A stretch of 64,000 bases of DNA from an uncultured delta proteobacterium (GCA_963737905.1 CAVTUQ010000002.1:1-64000); one strand, 5' to 3'. Counted from the first letter of the stretch, positions 1-9,333 are shown. Numbers and translations are program-made. Notes: a model not told the origin generated them from the letters alone.

Positions 1-1762
1 GCCAGGCAAACTTGGGCTCATCCTGTAACTGGCCGGAGACGAGATCCAACTCACGGCCAGCGCGGACTAAAATAACCTCGCCGCTCTGTATCCGGTAAAT
101 TCTATCGGCGGATTCGACCACGGCGGGCTGGTGCGAGATGGCCAAGATGGTCAGCCCACCTCGAAGCCCTTGCAGCGTTCGGCAAATTGCCGCCTCGGTC
201 TGCGGATCGAGCGAGCTTGTGACCTCATCGAGGATCAGCAGCTTGGGGCGGCGCGCCAAGGCCCTCGCGATAGCGATACGCTGTCGCTGGCCGCCTGAGA
301 GCGCCATACCGCGCTCCGCGACCGAGCTGTGTATCTGTTGCGGCAGTTCGGCCACGAATTCCCATGCCCCGGCGGCGCGTAGCGCAGCCTCGACGTCGGC
401 CTCGTTCACCTCCGGATCGCCAAGCGTCACGTTCCACAGGACCGTTTCGTGCAGCAGGAAAGACTCCTGCGGCACGTAGCCGATCATCCGGCGCCACTGC
501 CTGAGGTTAACCTGCTCCAATGGCACATTGTCAATCAGAATTTCGCCTTGCTGTGGACGAAGCAGGCCGATAATCAGATCGGCGATCGTGGTTTTCCCTG
601 CTCCCGACGGGCCCATGATGGCAGTGAATGAACCCGCCGGGACGGTCAGCGACGCATTCCGAAGCACAGATGTTTTTCCATAACCGAAACTGACATTGTT
701 CAGGCGAACCGAGTTCTCAAGGCGGGGAGAGGTGCCTTCAGGATTCGTTTCGCGGGCGCGGCTGGCGTCTTCAATGATGGCCTGCAATGACCAGAAGGCG
801 CTCTCATAGGACTTCATCTTTTGATACTGCCGCTGGATCTTTCCCAGAGATGCAAGCGAGCGCGTAAGTACCAGAATCATGACGAGCACGGCGTTGAACG
901 GCAGCTTCCACTGAATCAGGGCCACGTACAAACCGGAGGTGATGATCAGGCCCATCGCGAGATCCTGAGCCGCGCTCAGAGCCTCCGTGCTGATCACATC
1001 CTGACGCAGCGCGCGATTCAAGTGCTTATTTTCTGATCCAAGAAGAGAGCCGACCAGTTCTTCACGGGCCATCGCTTTCAGAGGTTTGACCGATTGAAGG
1101 CTGTCGGCCAAACGGGTCAAGAGAGACTTGAGCAGTTGAGTCTGGCGCATGCCGGCATGATGCGTCATACGGACGAGCCGGCGCAGCCCCCAGAGGACCA
1201 TCCCTCCTCCCGCGAGGGATAGCAGGGCGCCCTGCCACGTAACAAAAAAGGCCGCGCCCGCGAAGACAATAGTTTGAATGAGAACTGCCAGAGTCCTGGC
1301 GCCTTGAACATACGCCTGTGACGCCCGGAGCGCTTCGGTTCCGATGGCATTGGTCAGGCTGCCCACAGGTTGGCGCACGTAGAACTCCCACCGGGCAGCC
1401 AGGAGGGAGCGAAGTAGGGAGAGTTGCAAGTCGGTCGTGACATGGGCAACGGTGTAGCCGACCTGGGCGTTCGCCAGGAGCAAAAATACCGCCTTGAGCG
1501 CAAGACAGACGAGGATGACGACCAGCAAAGCGCCGACTGTCGGCGTTACGCCAATTGCCGAGAGCGCTTCCGTCGGCATGTGTCCCAGCCCCGATAACCC
1601 ATTGCCGGGGCCTTGAGCAGCGGCGTCGCTAGTCAGCAGGTTGAGCGATGGAAGCAGCAAGAGCAGGCTGAGCCCCTCTGCGACGCTGGCAAATAACAGC
1701 GAGACCAGCGTGAGCGCGCTCCGTCCGGGATACATCCGGGCAATTGTAATCAAAAACCGCAT
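1..1762 (-). CDS. ABC exporter, fused permease + ATPase (MsbA-like); 3' end runs off the window
   Basis: Manual translation from ATG 1762 (MRFLITIARMYPGRS...) gives TM helices, then Walker A GPSGAGKT, signature LSGGQRQRIAIARAL and Walker B LLILDE. It is missing from the ORF track because it has no stop in the window. Confidence 0.9.
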   Translation of the reverse strand, partial: MRFLITIARMYPGRSALTLVSLLFASVAEGLSLLLLLPSLNLLTSDAAAQGPGNGLSGLGHMPTEALSAIGVTPTVGALLVVILVCLALKAVFLLLANAQVGYTVAHVTTDLQLSLLRSLLAARWEFYVRQPVGSLTNAIGTEALRASQAYVQGARTLAVLIQTIVFAGAAFFVTWQGALLSLAGGGMVLWGLRRLVRMTHHAGMRQTQLLKSLLTRLADSLQSVKPLKAMAREELVGSLLGSENKHLNRALRQDVISTEALSAAQDLAMGLIITSGLYVALIQWKLPFNAVLVMILVLTRSLASLGKIQRQYQKMKSYESAFWSLQAIIEDASRARETNPEGTSPRLENSVRLNNVSFGYGKTSVLRNASLTVPAGSFTAIMGPSGAGKTTIADLIIGLLRPQQGEILIDNVPLEQVNLRQWRRMIGYVPQESFLLHETVLWNVTLGDPEVNEADVEAALRAAGAWEFVAELPQQIHSSVAERGMALSGGQRQRIAIARALARRPKLLILDEVTSSLDPQTEAAICRTLQGLRGGLTILAISHQPAVVESADRIYRIQSGEVILVRAGRELDLVSGQLQDEPKFAW

Positions 1763-1864
1763 GCTTCTTTAATATTCTGGCCTATGTCGTCCGAAGAGAA
1801 CATCGCAGATTCGGAACCCTGATGTCCGGTAAGTCATCATGGCCATCGCGGCTGGGTAGTCACC

Positions 1865-3046
1865 TCAAGTTAATGCCCTAGCGGTAGCAAACGCTTTGCA
1901 GATTCGATCGATCTGGTCCGGCGTGTGCGCCGCAGTCGCGCTACACCGAAGCAGGCTGCCGCCGTCGGGGGCCGCCGGCGGCAAAATCATGTTGACATAT
2001 ACTCCTTGATCCAGGAGGGCGTTCCATAAGCCGATCGCTTCTTCGCGTTGCTCGAACCGGACCGCGACAATCGGACTAACCTCGGGACCCAGTCTGAATC
2101 CCATCTCCTGCAATGACTGATACAATCGCCGCGCATTGTTCCACAACAGGACACGGAGTTCAGGCTCGATTCGGAGCCTGTTTAAAGCGGCTCTGGTCGA
2201 CGCGACCACCGCCGGGCAGGGAGATGCGGTGAAAATATACGGGCGGCTCCCATATCGGATAAGCTCCGCCTCGTGATGATCCGAGACACAAAATCCGCCA
2301 GTGGCTCCCAGGCTTTTGCTGAACGTGCCGACGATAAAATCGACGCTGCTTTCAACGTCGCTCTCCTCCGAAAGTCCGCGGCCCCGCTCCCCCAGCACTC
2401 CAAGCGAATGGGCTTCGTCTACAAGCAAACAAGCGCCATGCTCCTGTTTTACCGCCGCGACTTCCGCCAGCGGCGCTCGATCTCCCAGCGTGCTATAGAT
2501 GCCTTCCACGACGATCAGCGCGTTGGCACGACGCTCCCCAAAACGTCCCAGACGCTTGTCGAGATCACCGACATCGTTGTGGCGGAACCGAATGACTTCT
2601 GCCCCGCTCATCCGGCAGCCGTCATAAATGCTTGCATGGCAATCGGCATCGATAAGGATCACATCTCCCGGCCCGGTGAGCGCCGAAATAAGGCCCAGAT
2701 TGGCAATGTACCCGGTTGAGAACACGACACACCACCGGCGCCCATAAAAGTCCGCCAGATCCTTCTCTAACGCAACGTGCCCGCTATAGCTGCCGTTAGC
2801 CATTCTGGATCCGGTAGTTCCCGTTCCTTCTTCTCGCACGGCTCGGACCGCCGCTTCTATACACTGAGTATCTAAGGTGAGACCAAGATAGTTGTTCGTT
2901 CCCGCGAGGATCATTGGACGGCCGTTCACAATGGCCTCCGTTGGCGACAGGATCCGTTCAATCGTCGCGCGAAAAGGGTCCTCGCCCAATCGCGCCAGCG
3001 CCTCATGGGCGTCGGCAAGTTGCCGGAATTTGTCAAGGAGGGCCAT
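1865..3046 (-). CDS. spt: Serine palmitoyltransferase (alpha-oxoamine synthase, PLP-dependent)
   Basis: GTNNYLGL, DCHASIYDG, DEAHS, GTFSKS (PLP Lys), YIFTAS motifs. Context with ACP, FAAL and a reductase favours Spt over BioF/Kbl. Confidence 0.8.
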   Translation of the reverse strand: MALLDKFRQLADAHEALARLGEDPFRATIERILSPTEAIVNGRPMILAGTNNYLGLTLDTQCIEAAVRAVREEGTGTTGSRMANGSYSGHVALEKDLADFYGRRWCVVFSTGYIANLGLISALTGPGDVILIDADCHASIYDGCRMSGAEVIRFRHNDVGDLDKRLGRFGERRANALIVVEGIYSTLGDRAPLAEVAAVKQEHGACLLVDEAHSLGVLGERGRGLSEESDVESSVDFIVGTFSKSLGATGGFCVSDHHEAELIRYGSRPYIFTASPCPAVVASTRAALNRLRIEPELRVLLWNNARRLYQSLQEMGFRLGPEVSPIVAVRFEQREEAIGLWNALLDQGVYVNMILPPAAPDGGSLLRCSATAAHTPDQIDRICKAFATARALT

Positions 3047-3294
3047 TACCCTCGGTCAACGAGCTGCTGGACGCAGCGGGCGAAATGCCCGACGGTCCGC
3101 ACGTCCGGGATGATGTTCAAGGGAATGGAAACGTCGAACCGTTCTTCGGTCTCGAGCAGGAGCTGCATGACCTTCATCGAATCGAGGCCTAGATCGGATG
3201 TGAATTCCGTGTCTTCGGAAAGGCTGTGCCCGTCCGGCGTATACGGCCCTAAAATCTCGTAGAGTTGGGAAAGTATCGACTCGTAGTGGCTCAT
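3046..3294 (-). CDS. Acyl carrier protein (specialised, sphingolipid-type)
   Basis: 82 aa, acidic, DLGLDSM phosphopantetheine motif; stop overlaps the spt start. Confidence 0.9.
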   Translation of the reverse strand: MSHYESILSQLYEILGPYTPDGHSLSEDTEFTSDLGLDSMKVMQLLLETEERFDVSIPLNIIPDVRTVGHFARCVQQLVDRG

Positions 3295-3372
3295 CGTGCG
3301 GGAGGCCGTGAAGGTGATCCGTTCATCCGCGGGTACTTGACCTGCCGTACTTTCCTCGGCGCCACCACCGCA

Positions 3373-4356
3373 TCACTTTCTATCACGGATGCGGCCGTCT
3401 TGTAAAGCTTGCCGGCCAGTTACACTTGCCATGAGGCCAAGAGTCGCCCGCAGGCCTTCTTCTAGACACACCGTGGGCGTCCAATTGGCCGCCTGGCAAA
3501 ACATGGAGTTATCACACACCCAGTCGGGATGCCTGATCTCCCGCACTTTCCCTGGGGTAAACATGGGTGCATATCCTATTACCGATGCGGCGATTTGATT
3601 AAGTTTCGCGGCGACATTCATGGGCAGCTCGGACACGTGGAAACGAAACGCCGGTTTTCCGCGAAGCCGCTCCAACGTTTCCGCGACCTCGCACCAACTA
3701 TATCCCCCTGGGTGTCCATCATCCAACTCGAACACGCGGCTCTCTCGGTTCTCGCTGACCAGCCATTTTATCACCGCCTCCGCCAGGTCTTCGACATAGA
3801 GCAGAGAGAACCTGGCGTCATTTCGGCCCAGCAACGGGGCGATCCCGCGCCCCATAAGCCGGAACAAGGGAAGCATCGCGCGGTCCCCAGGGCCATAGAC
3901 AGCTGGCGGACGAAGCACGGTCCACGCAAAGCCGCCAGCCATTTGGGATAGAGCGATCTCCCCCATCCGCTTGCTGGCCGCATAGGCCGACAAATTTGGT
4001 TCGCGAGCCGCCAAAGATGAAATTAAAAGGAACCGGGGAGCGGGGCTCCTGATCGCGGCAATTTGCGCCAGCCGTAACACCGCCTCAACATTCACAGGGT
4101 AAAAATCGGCGTCGGTGATGCCGCGCACCGCCCCTGCGCAGTGGACCACGGCATCCGCATCGCCCACCAGGCTGTCGAGGCGCTCAATATCTTCGAGGGT
4201 GCCGTGAACCCACTGAATCGAGATTCCCTCTAGGCGCGCCCGCCGCAACGGCGCGCGAATGAGCGCGCGTACGCACCACCCTTCTTTTACGAGTTTTCGA
4301 GCTATCGCGCTCCCGATGAATCCCGTCGCCCCCGTCAACGCGATGACGCCGCGCAT
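3373..4356 (-). CDS. NAD(P)-dependent epimerase/dehydratase family reductase (CerR-like)
   Basis: TGATGFIG Rossmann motif, YAASK catalytic motif, LRPPAVYGP; likely start MRGVIAL at 4356. Confidence 0.85.
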   Translation of the reverse strand: MRGVIALTGATGFIGSAIARKLVKEGWCVRALIRAPLRRARLEGISIQWVHGTLEDIERLDSLVGDADAVVHCAGAVRGITDADFYPVNVEAVLRLAQIAAIRSPAPRFLLISSLAAREPNLSAYAASKRMGEIALSQMAGGFAWTVLRPPAVYGPGDRAMLPLFRLMGRGIAPLLGRNDARFSLLYVEDLAEAVIKWLVSENRESRVFELDDGHPGGYSWCEVAETLERLRGKPAFRFHVSELPMNVAAKLNQIAASVIGYAPMFTPGKVREIRHPDWVCDNSMFCQAANWTPTVCLEEGLRATLGLMASVTGRQALQDGRIRDRK

Positions 4357-6197
4357 GGATTTGATTTTTCCGGCCGAGCCTCGGTGGACGCGCTTCGCTT
4401 GACCCATTTCCGTTGCAGAATAGCCGGACCATGCCAGCTCAGAAATTCTTCCCGTGCCCTTGAACGGGAGAGCTTTCCGGAGGACGTACGCGGCAGGGTG
4501 TGCGGAGGAACGATCTCAATGAAACAGTCCAGCCCGAAGCGCTCGTGGATCAGCCCCTGCAAGCGATGGACAAATTCTCCTTGCCTGGTAGAACTCCCCT
4601 CACGCCACTGCACGACCATGGCCGCCATTTCAATCCCATTAGGGTTTAGAACTGAAAAGGCGCACGCCTCGCCCGTTCTTACCTCGGGCAATTCCTCAGC
4701 GACATGCTCCAAATCTTGAGCCCAGATTTTTCGGCCATTGATAATGATGACATCTTTCTTGCGGCCAATGATCACAACCCGACCTTCGGCGAGATAGCCA
4801 ATGTCTTGGGTGTCAAACCATCCGTCCGAGGACAAGACCTCACGAGTTTTCTCGGCATTGTCGAAGTACCCGGACATAATATTGGCGCCTCGCAAAAAAA
4901 TTACGCCGGCGTGGCGATCCGGCAGAACTGTGCCTTGCTCGTCACGAATTTCGACTTGAATTCCCGGCAGAGGGACGCCGCAAATTACAAACGGCCTGGT
5001 ATTCGATATTTCCCCTTCTAAGCCTGGGTCACGCCCATTCAGGGCCAAAGCTATTCCACGCTCGGATAACACAGCCGGGTTAACTCGATCAACGGTAATG
5101 CCTTGCTGGAGGGGTGCGAAACTTACGGCGAGGGAGGCCTCTGCCATTCCGTAGCAGGCCGTAAATGCACTTGGTTTAAACCCGCTTGGCTCCAGAACTT
5201 CGGCAAACTCCGCCAAGGCGCCTGACTGGATCGTTTCGGCCCCTACTCCGGCGACCCGCCACGCGCCGAGATCGAAAGTGCTGACGACATCCCGCCTGAG
5301 ACGCTTCACGCACAATTGATAACCGAAAGACGGGCTAAAGGAAATGGTGGCTTTGGTGCGTGTCATCAAGGACAACCACAACAGTGGTCGCATGGCAAAC
5401 ATCCAGGTTTTTAGATAATCCACGGAGACCTGCGACACCATCGGCCCGAGCACGAATCCCACAAGCCCCATATCGTGATAAAAAGGCAGCCAGGAGAGGG
5501 CGCGGTCGCCGGGGCGGAGTTTGAGACCATGAATTGTGATTTCATTCAGATTGGCGAGGACAGCCTTTTGGGTAATCATTACTCCCCGGGGAAATAGCGT
5601 GCTTCCGGAAGTGTATTGAAGATAGGCGACCTCATGCGGCTCCGACGGACGCAGACTCTCTTGGGAGTCAGGCAGTCGCTCGAAGGCTTCCAGCGTCCCG
5701 ACATGGGGAATATTCAACTCCTTGGCAGCCTCGGCCATAAAGGGATAGAACTCAGACGGCGCCATCGCCACGGACGCTCGGCAAACGCGCAAAAGCGCCT
5801 TGAGTTGCGCGACATAAGCCTGTCGGGCACTCATGAAGGCCGACGCCGAAAACGGCACCGGCACGAGACCGGCATACTGGCAAGCGAAAAACATGCGGTG
5901 GAAATCTGGATCCGTCTCTGCAACGATTGCTACTCGAGCGCCCCGGTCGAGTCTTAAGCTCAAAAGCTTTCGTGCCAAGGATACTGCCTGCTCTCGAAGA
6001 TCCGCATATGACAGGACGGCGCACAAATCGCCCCGACTCCCATAGAAATTGCATCCGGTCTGTCCCAGGGCTGAGTAATCCAGGGCCTCGCATAGCGTGG
6101 AAAAATCAGCGGCCCGAAAAGCTACGGTGTTCTCAGTGGGGGTGGGTTCCAATTCAGTTCCGTGTTCACCACTTGTGCGCAATGCTACCTCCTTCAT
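4335..6197 (-). CDS. Fatty acyl-AMP ligase / acyl-ACP synthetase
   Basis: YLQYTSGST, SWLPFYHDMGL, YGMAEA, GRKKD, PRTSSGK adenylation motifs; start uncertain (ATG 6197 or TTG ~6152). Confidence 0.9.
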   Translation of the reverse strand: MKEVALRTSGEHGTELEPTPTENTVAFRAADFSTLCEALDYSALGQTGCNFYGSRGDLCAVLSYADLREQAVSLARKLLSLRLDRGARVAIVAETDPDFHRMFFACQYAGLVPVPFSASAFMSARQAYVAQLKALLRVCRASVAMAPSEFYPFMAEAAKELNIPHVGTLEAFERLPDSQESLRPSEPHEVAYLQYTSGSTLFPRGVMITQKAVLANLNEITIHGLKLRPGDRALSWLPFYHDMGLVGFVLGPMVSQVSVDYLKTWMFAMRPLLWLSLMTRTKATISFSPSFGYQLCVKRLRRDVVSTFDLGAWRVAGVGAETIQSGALAEFAEVLEPSGFKPSAFTACYGMAEASLAVSFAPLQQGITVDRVNPAVLSERGIALALNGRDPGLEGEISNTRPFVICGVPLPGIQVEIRDEQGTVLPDRHAGVIFLRGANIMSGYFDNAEKTREVLSSDGWFDTQDIGYLAEGRVVIIGRKKDVIIINGRKIWAQDLEHVAEELPEVRTGEACAFSVLNPNGIEMAAMVVQWREGSSTRQGEFVHRLQGLIHERFGLDCFIEIVPPHTLPRTSSGKLSRSRAREEFLSWHGPAILQRKWVKRSASTEARPEKSNPCAASSR

Positions 6198-6807
6198 CGG
6201 TTCGACCTTAAAGCGCGGAACATTAGCCCTCACCGAAAACTTAGGCTTTACGAACAACCTATTGATTTAACAAGCGTTTCTGATCAGGGTTATGATGGAA
6301 ACCGATAGCCGGTATTCGTTAATCCGAAATGTCGGGACCCCATACAACCCAATCAAGCTCGGCATTGATGAGCGAGTTCGTGGCTCTGTACCGGATCAGC
6401 TTCCATTGTTCCTTTACCGTTTGTGTGATGAGAGTCCATTAGCTGGTAGTAGTCGGGGTGACCAATTATCACTATCTTTAGCTTTAGCGAATCGAAGCTA
6501 AATCAACACTCGCCAAAGGAATGATTCCTTTGTCCATTATAGTACGATGGTGTCCCCTTATAGTACTACACGATGAGGTTAGTCAAAGAAAAAATATTCA
6601 TTTCCTTTTCTGGTTGATGAAAAACCCAATGTTTTACCGGGCGGCTCGGCTGGAGAGCGGTCGGGAGGCGCGCGAAAGGTTCCTTAGGGCGCCGCTCGCT
6701 CTGAATTCGAGCGAGCGGCGCCATCGGCTTGCATTGGCAGGCGGTATTCGGCTGTCAGACGGGCTGAGCCAGGATATTGCGAACACTTAGTGTACAAACA
6801 CGTGCCG

Positions 6808-7133
6808 AAGTTTATAGAGGTTGAGTACGACGGCAGGACGAGATTCCAGCGGAAACTCCGGAGCCGCATCTACCGCTATCGTTGGCTACAGCGGTTGCTC
6901 TACGCCCCTCTGGCGAGTAACGCGCATGTCGTCGATACGTTACACCTGATCTGGAGGATGAACCAGAAGAAAGCCACCGGGCGAAAGTCTTGGCTGGAAC
7001 AGTTGGCGCGGTGGAACACGATTAACACGCGCCCAGCCCGCTGGCTCCCGACGTCAAGCAGATGCTGCGAGACACGCTCGCGGAGGACGTGACCAAGCTC
7101 TCCAATCTGCTGCAGCGCGATCTGAGCCATTGA
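6808..7133 (+). pseudogene. C-terminal relic of a sulfotransferase-family gene
   Basis: ...YDGRTRF...RIYRYRWLQRLL...RWNT, then after a 1-nt frameshift near 7038 PLAPDVKQMLRDTLAEDVTKLSNLLQRDLSH*. This resembles the sulfotransferase C-terminal ...DV.KL..LL.RDLSHW with TGG>TGA. No N-terminal PAPS motif is present. Confidence 0.55.
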
Positions 7134-7203
7134 CTGACCGAGCCAGAGTGCTGTCTAGAGCGTTTGTCACTATCTGTATCTGATCACTTCAGGAATGGCT
7201 ACA

Positions 7204-7292
7204 GCGCCCCATTCGACTCGCGGTAAACCACCGCTCGCTCATGGCAGGCCACAACATTTCGTCTAAGACAAACATCGAGTCGAATGGTGCCC
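7204..7292. repeat. REP-like inverted repeat element
   Basis: Perfect 12-bp inverted repeat CCATTCGACTCG (7209-7220) / CGAGTCGAATGG (7277-7288) enclosing GCTCGCTCATGGCAGGC. Confidence 0.5.
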
Positions 7293-7540
7293 CGTGTGCT
7301 CTACTCGACGATTACCCCCCTCGCGTTTCGCCGTGAATCACTCTTTATTTCCGTCTGCATGACAAAGAACACCTCAAACTGGGTGTTCGTGGAAAGATGA
7401 ACAATACAGCTCTTTGCCATACCGACAGGTCTTGCTTCCCCGTTGGTTAAGTTCTAAGGGAAAGCAGGCATCGGCGTGCGCCTTGCCGTGTAACCATCTG
7501 GGCCTTTTTTGTCGCGCCAAAATTCAGGCGCGGAGAGGAC

Positions 7541-7915
7541 ATGTCTGCGAGGAAAATTTTAGTAGTCGATGATAATGATAACGTGAGGTCTTTTTTAGTT
7601 CTCTTACTGGAGCGGTCCGGTGGATACGAGATCTTGGTGGCCGCCACCGGAGAAGAGGCGGTGGAGAAAGCCATTTCTTGGAGACCCGATGTTATTCTCA
7701 TGGATATAGTCCTGCCTGGCATCAACGGTATAGATGCAACGAAGGCGATAAGAAACAATCCAAGCACGGCCCAAATTCCAATTATTGCTTTCTCTGCTTT
7801 GCCTTTAGGCGGATGGAAGGAGCAAGCGCTAAAGGCAGGGATTGTAGCGTACCTTCAGAAACCGATTAACTTAGAGGTACTGATGGAGACAATCCAAAAA
7901 TTCATCCCATCTTAA
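7541..7915 (+). CDS. Single-domain response regulator (CheY/DivK-like receiver)
   Basis: ILVVDD, PDVILMDIVLPGING, IPIIAFSA, YLQKP; RBS GGAGAGG upstream. Confidence 0.9.
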   Translation: MSARKILVVDDNDNVRSFLVLLLERSGGYEILVAATGEEAVEKAISWRPDVILMDIVLPGINGIDATKAIRNNPSTAQIPIIAFSALPLGGWKEQALKAGIVAYLQKPINLEVLMETIQKFIPS

Positions 7916-8069
7916 GCCACAGGCGCTGCAATGCCTCATTTGGGTAAGCCGAAATTCCCCCGAATGGGGATTGACGTCACTAGCACCGCGGCAGCTATAA
8001 CTGCGGGATAAAGGGTCTTTTTGTTGATTCGCTGCGATGGTCGATGACGTGAAGCACTTGCGGTTTAAA

Positions 8070-8288
8070 ATGAAACAAGTCTCGTATAAGGACTATGTAA
8101 TAACCGTCGCCAACACCAAAGAAAACAGAACTTGGCGATCCCATGTGACTATTACCTGGTACGGAGGAAAATTTGACCTGCATGATGAATTTTGTTTCAA
8201 AACTGAGATAGAATCCGAGGAACACGGCGTAGCATTGGGAAAGCATTGGGTGAACAATCGCATTCAGAGCATGCAACGCCTCCCATAG
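8070..8288 (+). CDS. Small hypothetical protein
   Basis: 72-aa ORF with a protein-like pattern (YKDYVI...F.TE.E.EE.G..LGK.WV); no family recognised with certainty. Confidence 0.55.
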   Translation: MKQVSYKDYVITVANTKENRTWRSHVTITWYGGKFDLHDEFCFKTEIESEEHGVALGKHWVNNRIQSMQRLP

Positions 8289-8577
8289 GCTAGCATTGAG
8301 TTGCGCCAGCTTTCAGTCGACGGCGACTGTTGCGTGTCATTGATGATCCAGTTTGTCCCACACTGCCCAGAAGGCAGTGAAAGAAATGAGGCGCGTCACA
8401 AAAGCGCCTGGAAGTGTCGCAACTTGTCTGTGAGACAGCAGTGGAGGCATGGAGCTAGGGGAAGATTCTGGAAGGCGTTCTTGCCTTTTGTTTTTGTTCA
8501 TGTAGCTTCGATTTGTTCTTGTTGTTTCATCAATCATCCTCGACCCCCCGACCCAGTACGAAGGGAGTCCGCGTCCA

Positions 8578-9333
8578 GTGCTTATCCGTGTGTTCTTACT
8601 TGTTCAACTCCTTGCCGTTCCGGCATTGCTTAATGCCACAACGATTGTAGCTGTAAGAACACCCACTGATATTTACTTAGGTGCCGACAGCAGAGTCACG
8701 GAGGTTCGTCCAGACGGACGCTTTTACTATGAAGCGAAATGTAAGATCGGACAAGTGGGTGAGATATTCTTTGCGGGTGCTGGACTGTATGGGCACCAAC
8801 CCACCGGCCTAAGCATTCGATCATCGTTGATCCAAGCGCAATCCTCCGCAGCGAGCCTATCTGAGACAGTTGAGAGATTCGAGACGCTTTATACAGACGC
8901 CCTAGAGAGAACGTTACGCTCCGCTCTGAAAGATAGCCCGATGGTGTACAAAAAATACTTTCTAAACGGACATGTTTACGTGTACCTTTTTGCGTTTGAG
9001 AATGGCATCACCCGATATTTCGAAAGAATCTTTACCATTCAAAGTTCTACCGATCCTGTGACAGTCGGCATTGAACGGCATGACTGCCCGCCAGGCTGTC
9101 TAGGCGGTGAAGCCACGATCCTTGGAATTGGTTATGCTGACGTAGTGAAGGAAGTATCACCCGATGTCTTAAAAACACGCCCGCCAGTTGAATTAATAAC
9201 GGAACTCGTTGATGCGAGCATAAAGGCCGACCCCGCCCATCAATCCGGCGGTCCGATAGACATTCTCCATTTGAACAAAGACGGCGGGAGATGGGTCCAG
9301 AAAAAAAAGGAATGTCCCGAAATCCAGTCCTAG
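8578..9333 (+). CDS. Exported Ntn-hydrolase / proteasome-beta (HslV)-fold protein
   Basis: 20-aa signal-peptide-like leader, then TTIVAVR...LGADSR...KI...FAGAG and C-terminal D....SGGPIDILHLNKDG; RBS GGGAG upstream of GTG. Confidence 0.7.
   Translation: MLIRVFLLVQLLAVPALLNATTIVAVRTPTDIYLGADSRVTEVRPDGRFYYEAKCKIGQVGEIFFAGAGLYGHQPTGLSIRSSLIQAQSSAASLSETVERFETLYTDALERTLRSALKDSPMVYKKYFLNGHVYVYLFAFENGITRYFERIFTIQSSTDPVTVGIERHDCPPGCLGGEATILGIGYADVVKEVSPDVLKTRPPVELITELVDASIKADPAHQSGGPIDILHLNKDGGRWVQKKKECPEIQS

Noticed and set aside
138-1391. Several short ORFs in the track
   Set aside because: They are shadow frames of the minus-strand ABC transporter that runs off the window.
1865-3046. Annotation as bioF
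   Set aside because: No biotin genes are nearby, and the ACP/FAAL/reductase context fits Spt better.
6292-6790. ORFs 6292-6501 and 6521-6790
   Set aside because: No protein-like features; the region looks regulatory.
7281-7310. tRNA 3' end or att site (GGGGCACCA on the minus strand)
   Set aside because: There is no upstream T-arm (GTTCRA) or cloverleaf; treated as part of the repeat.
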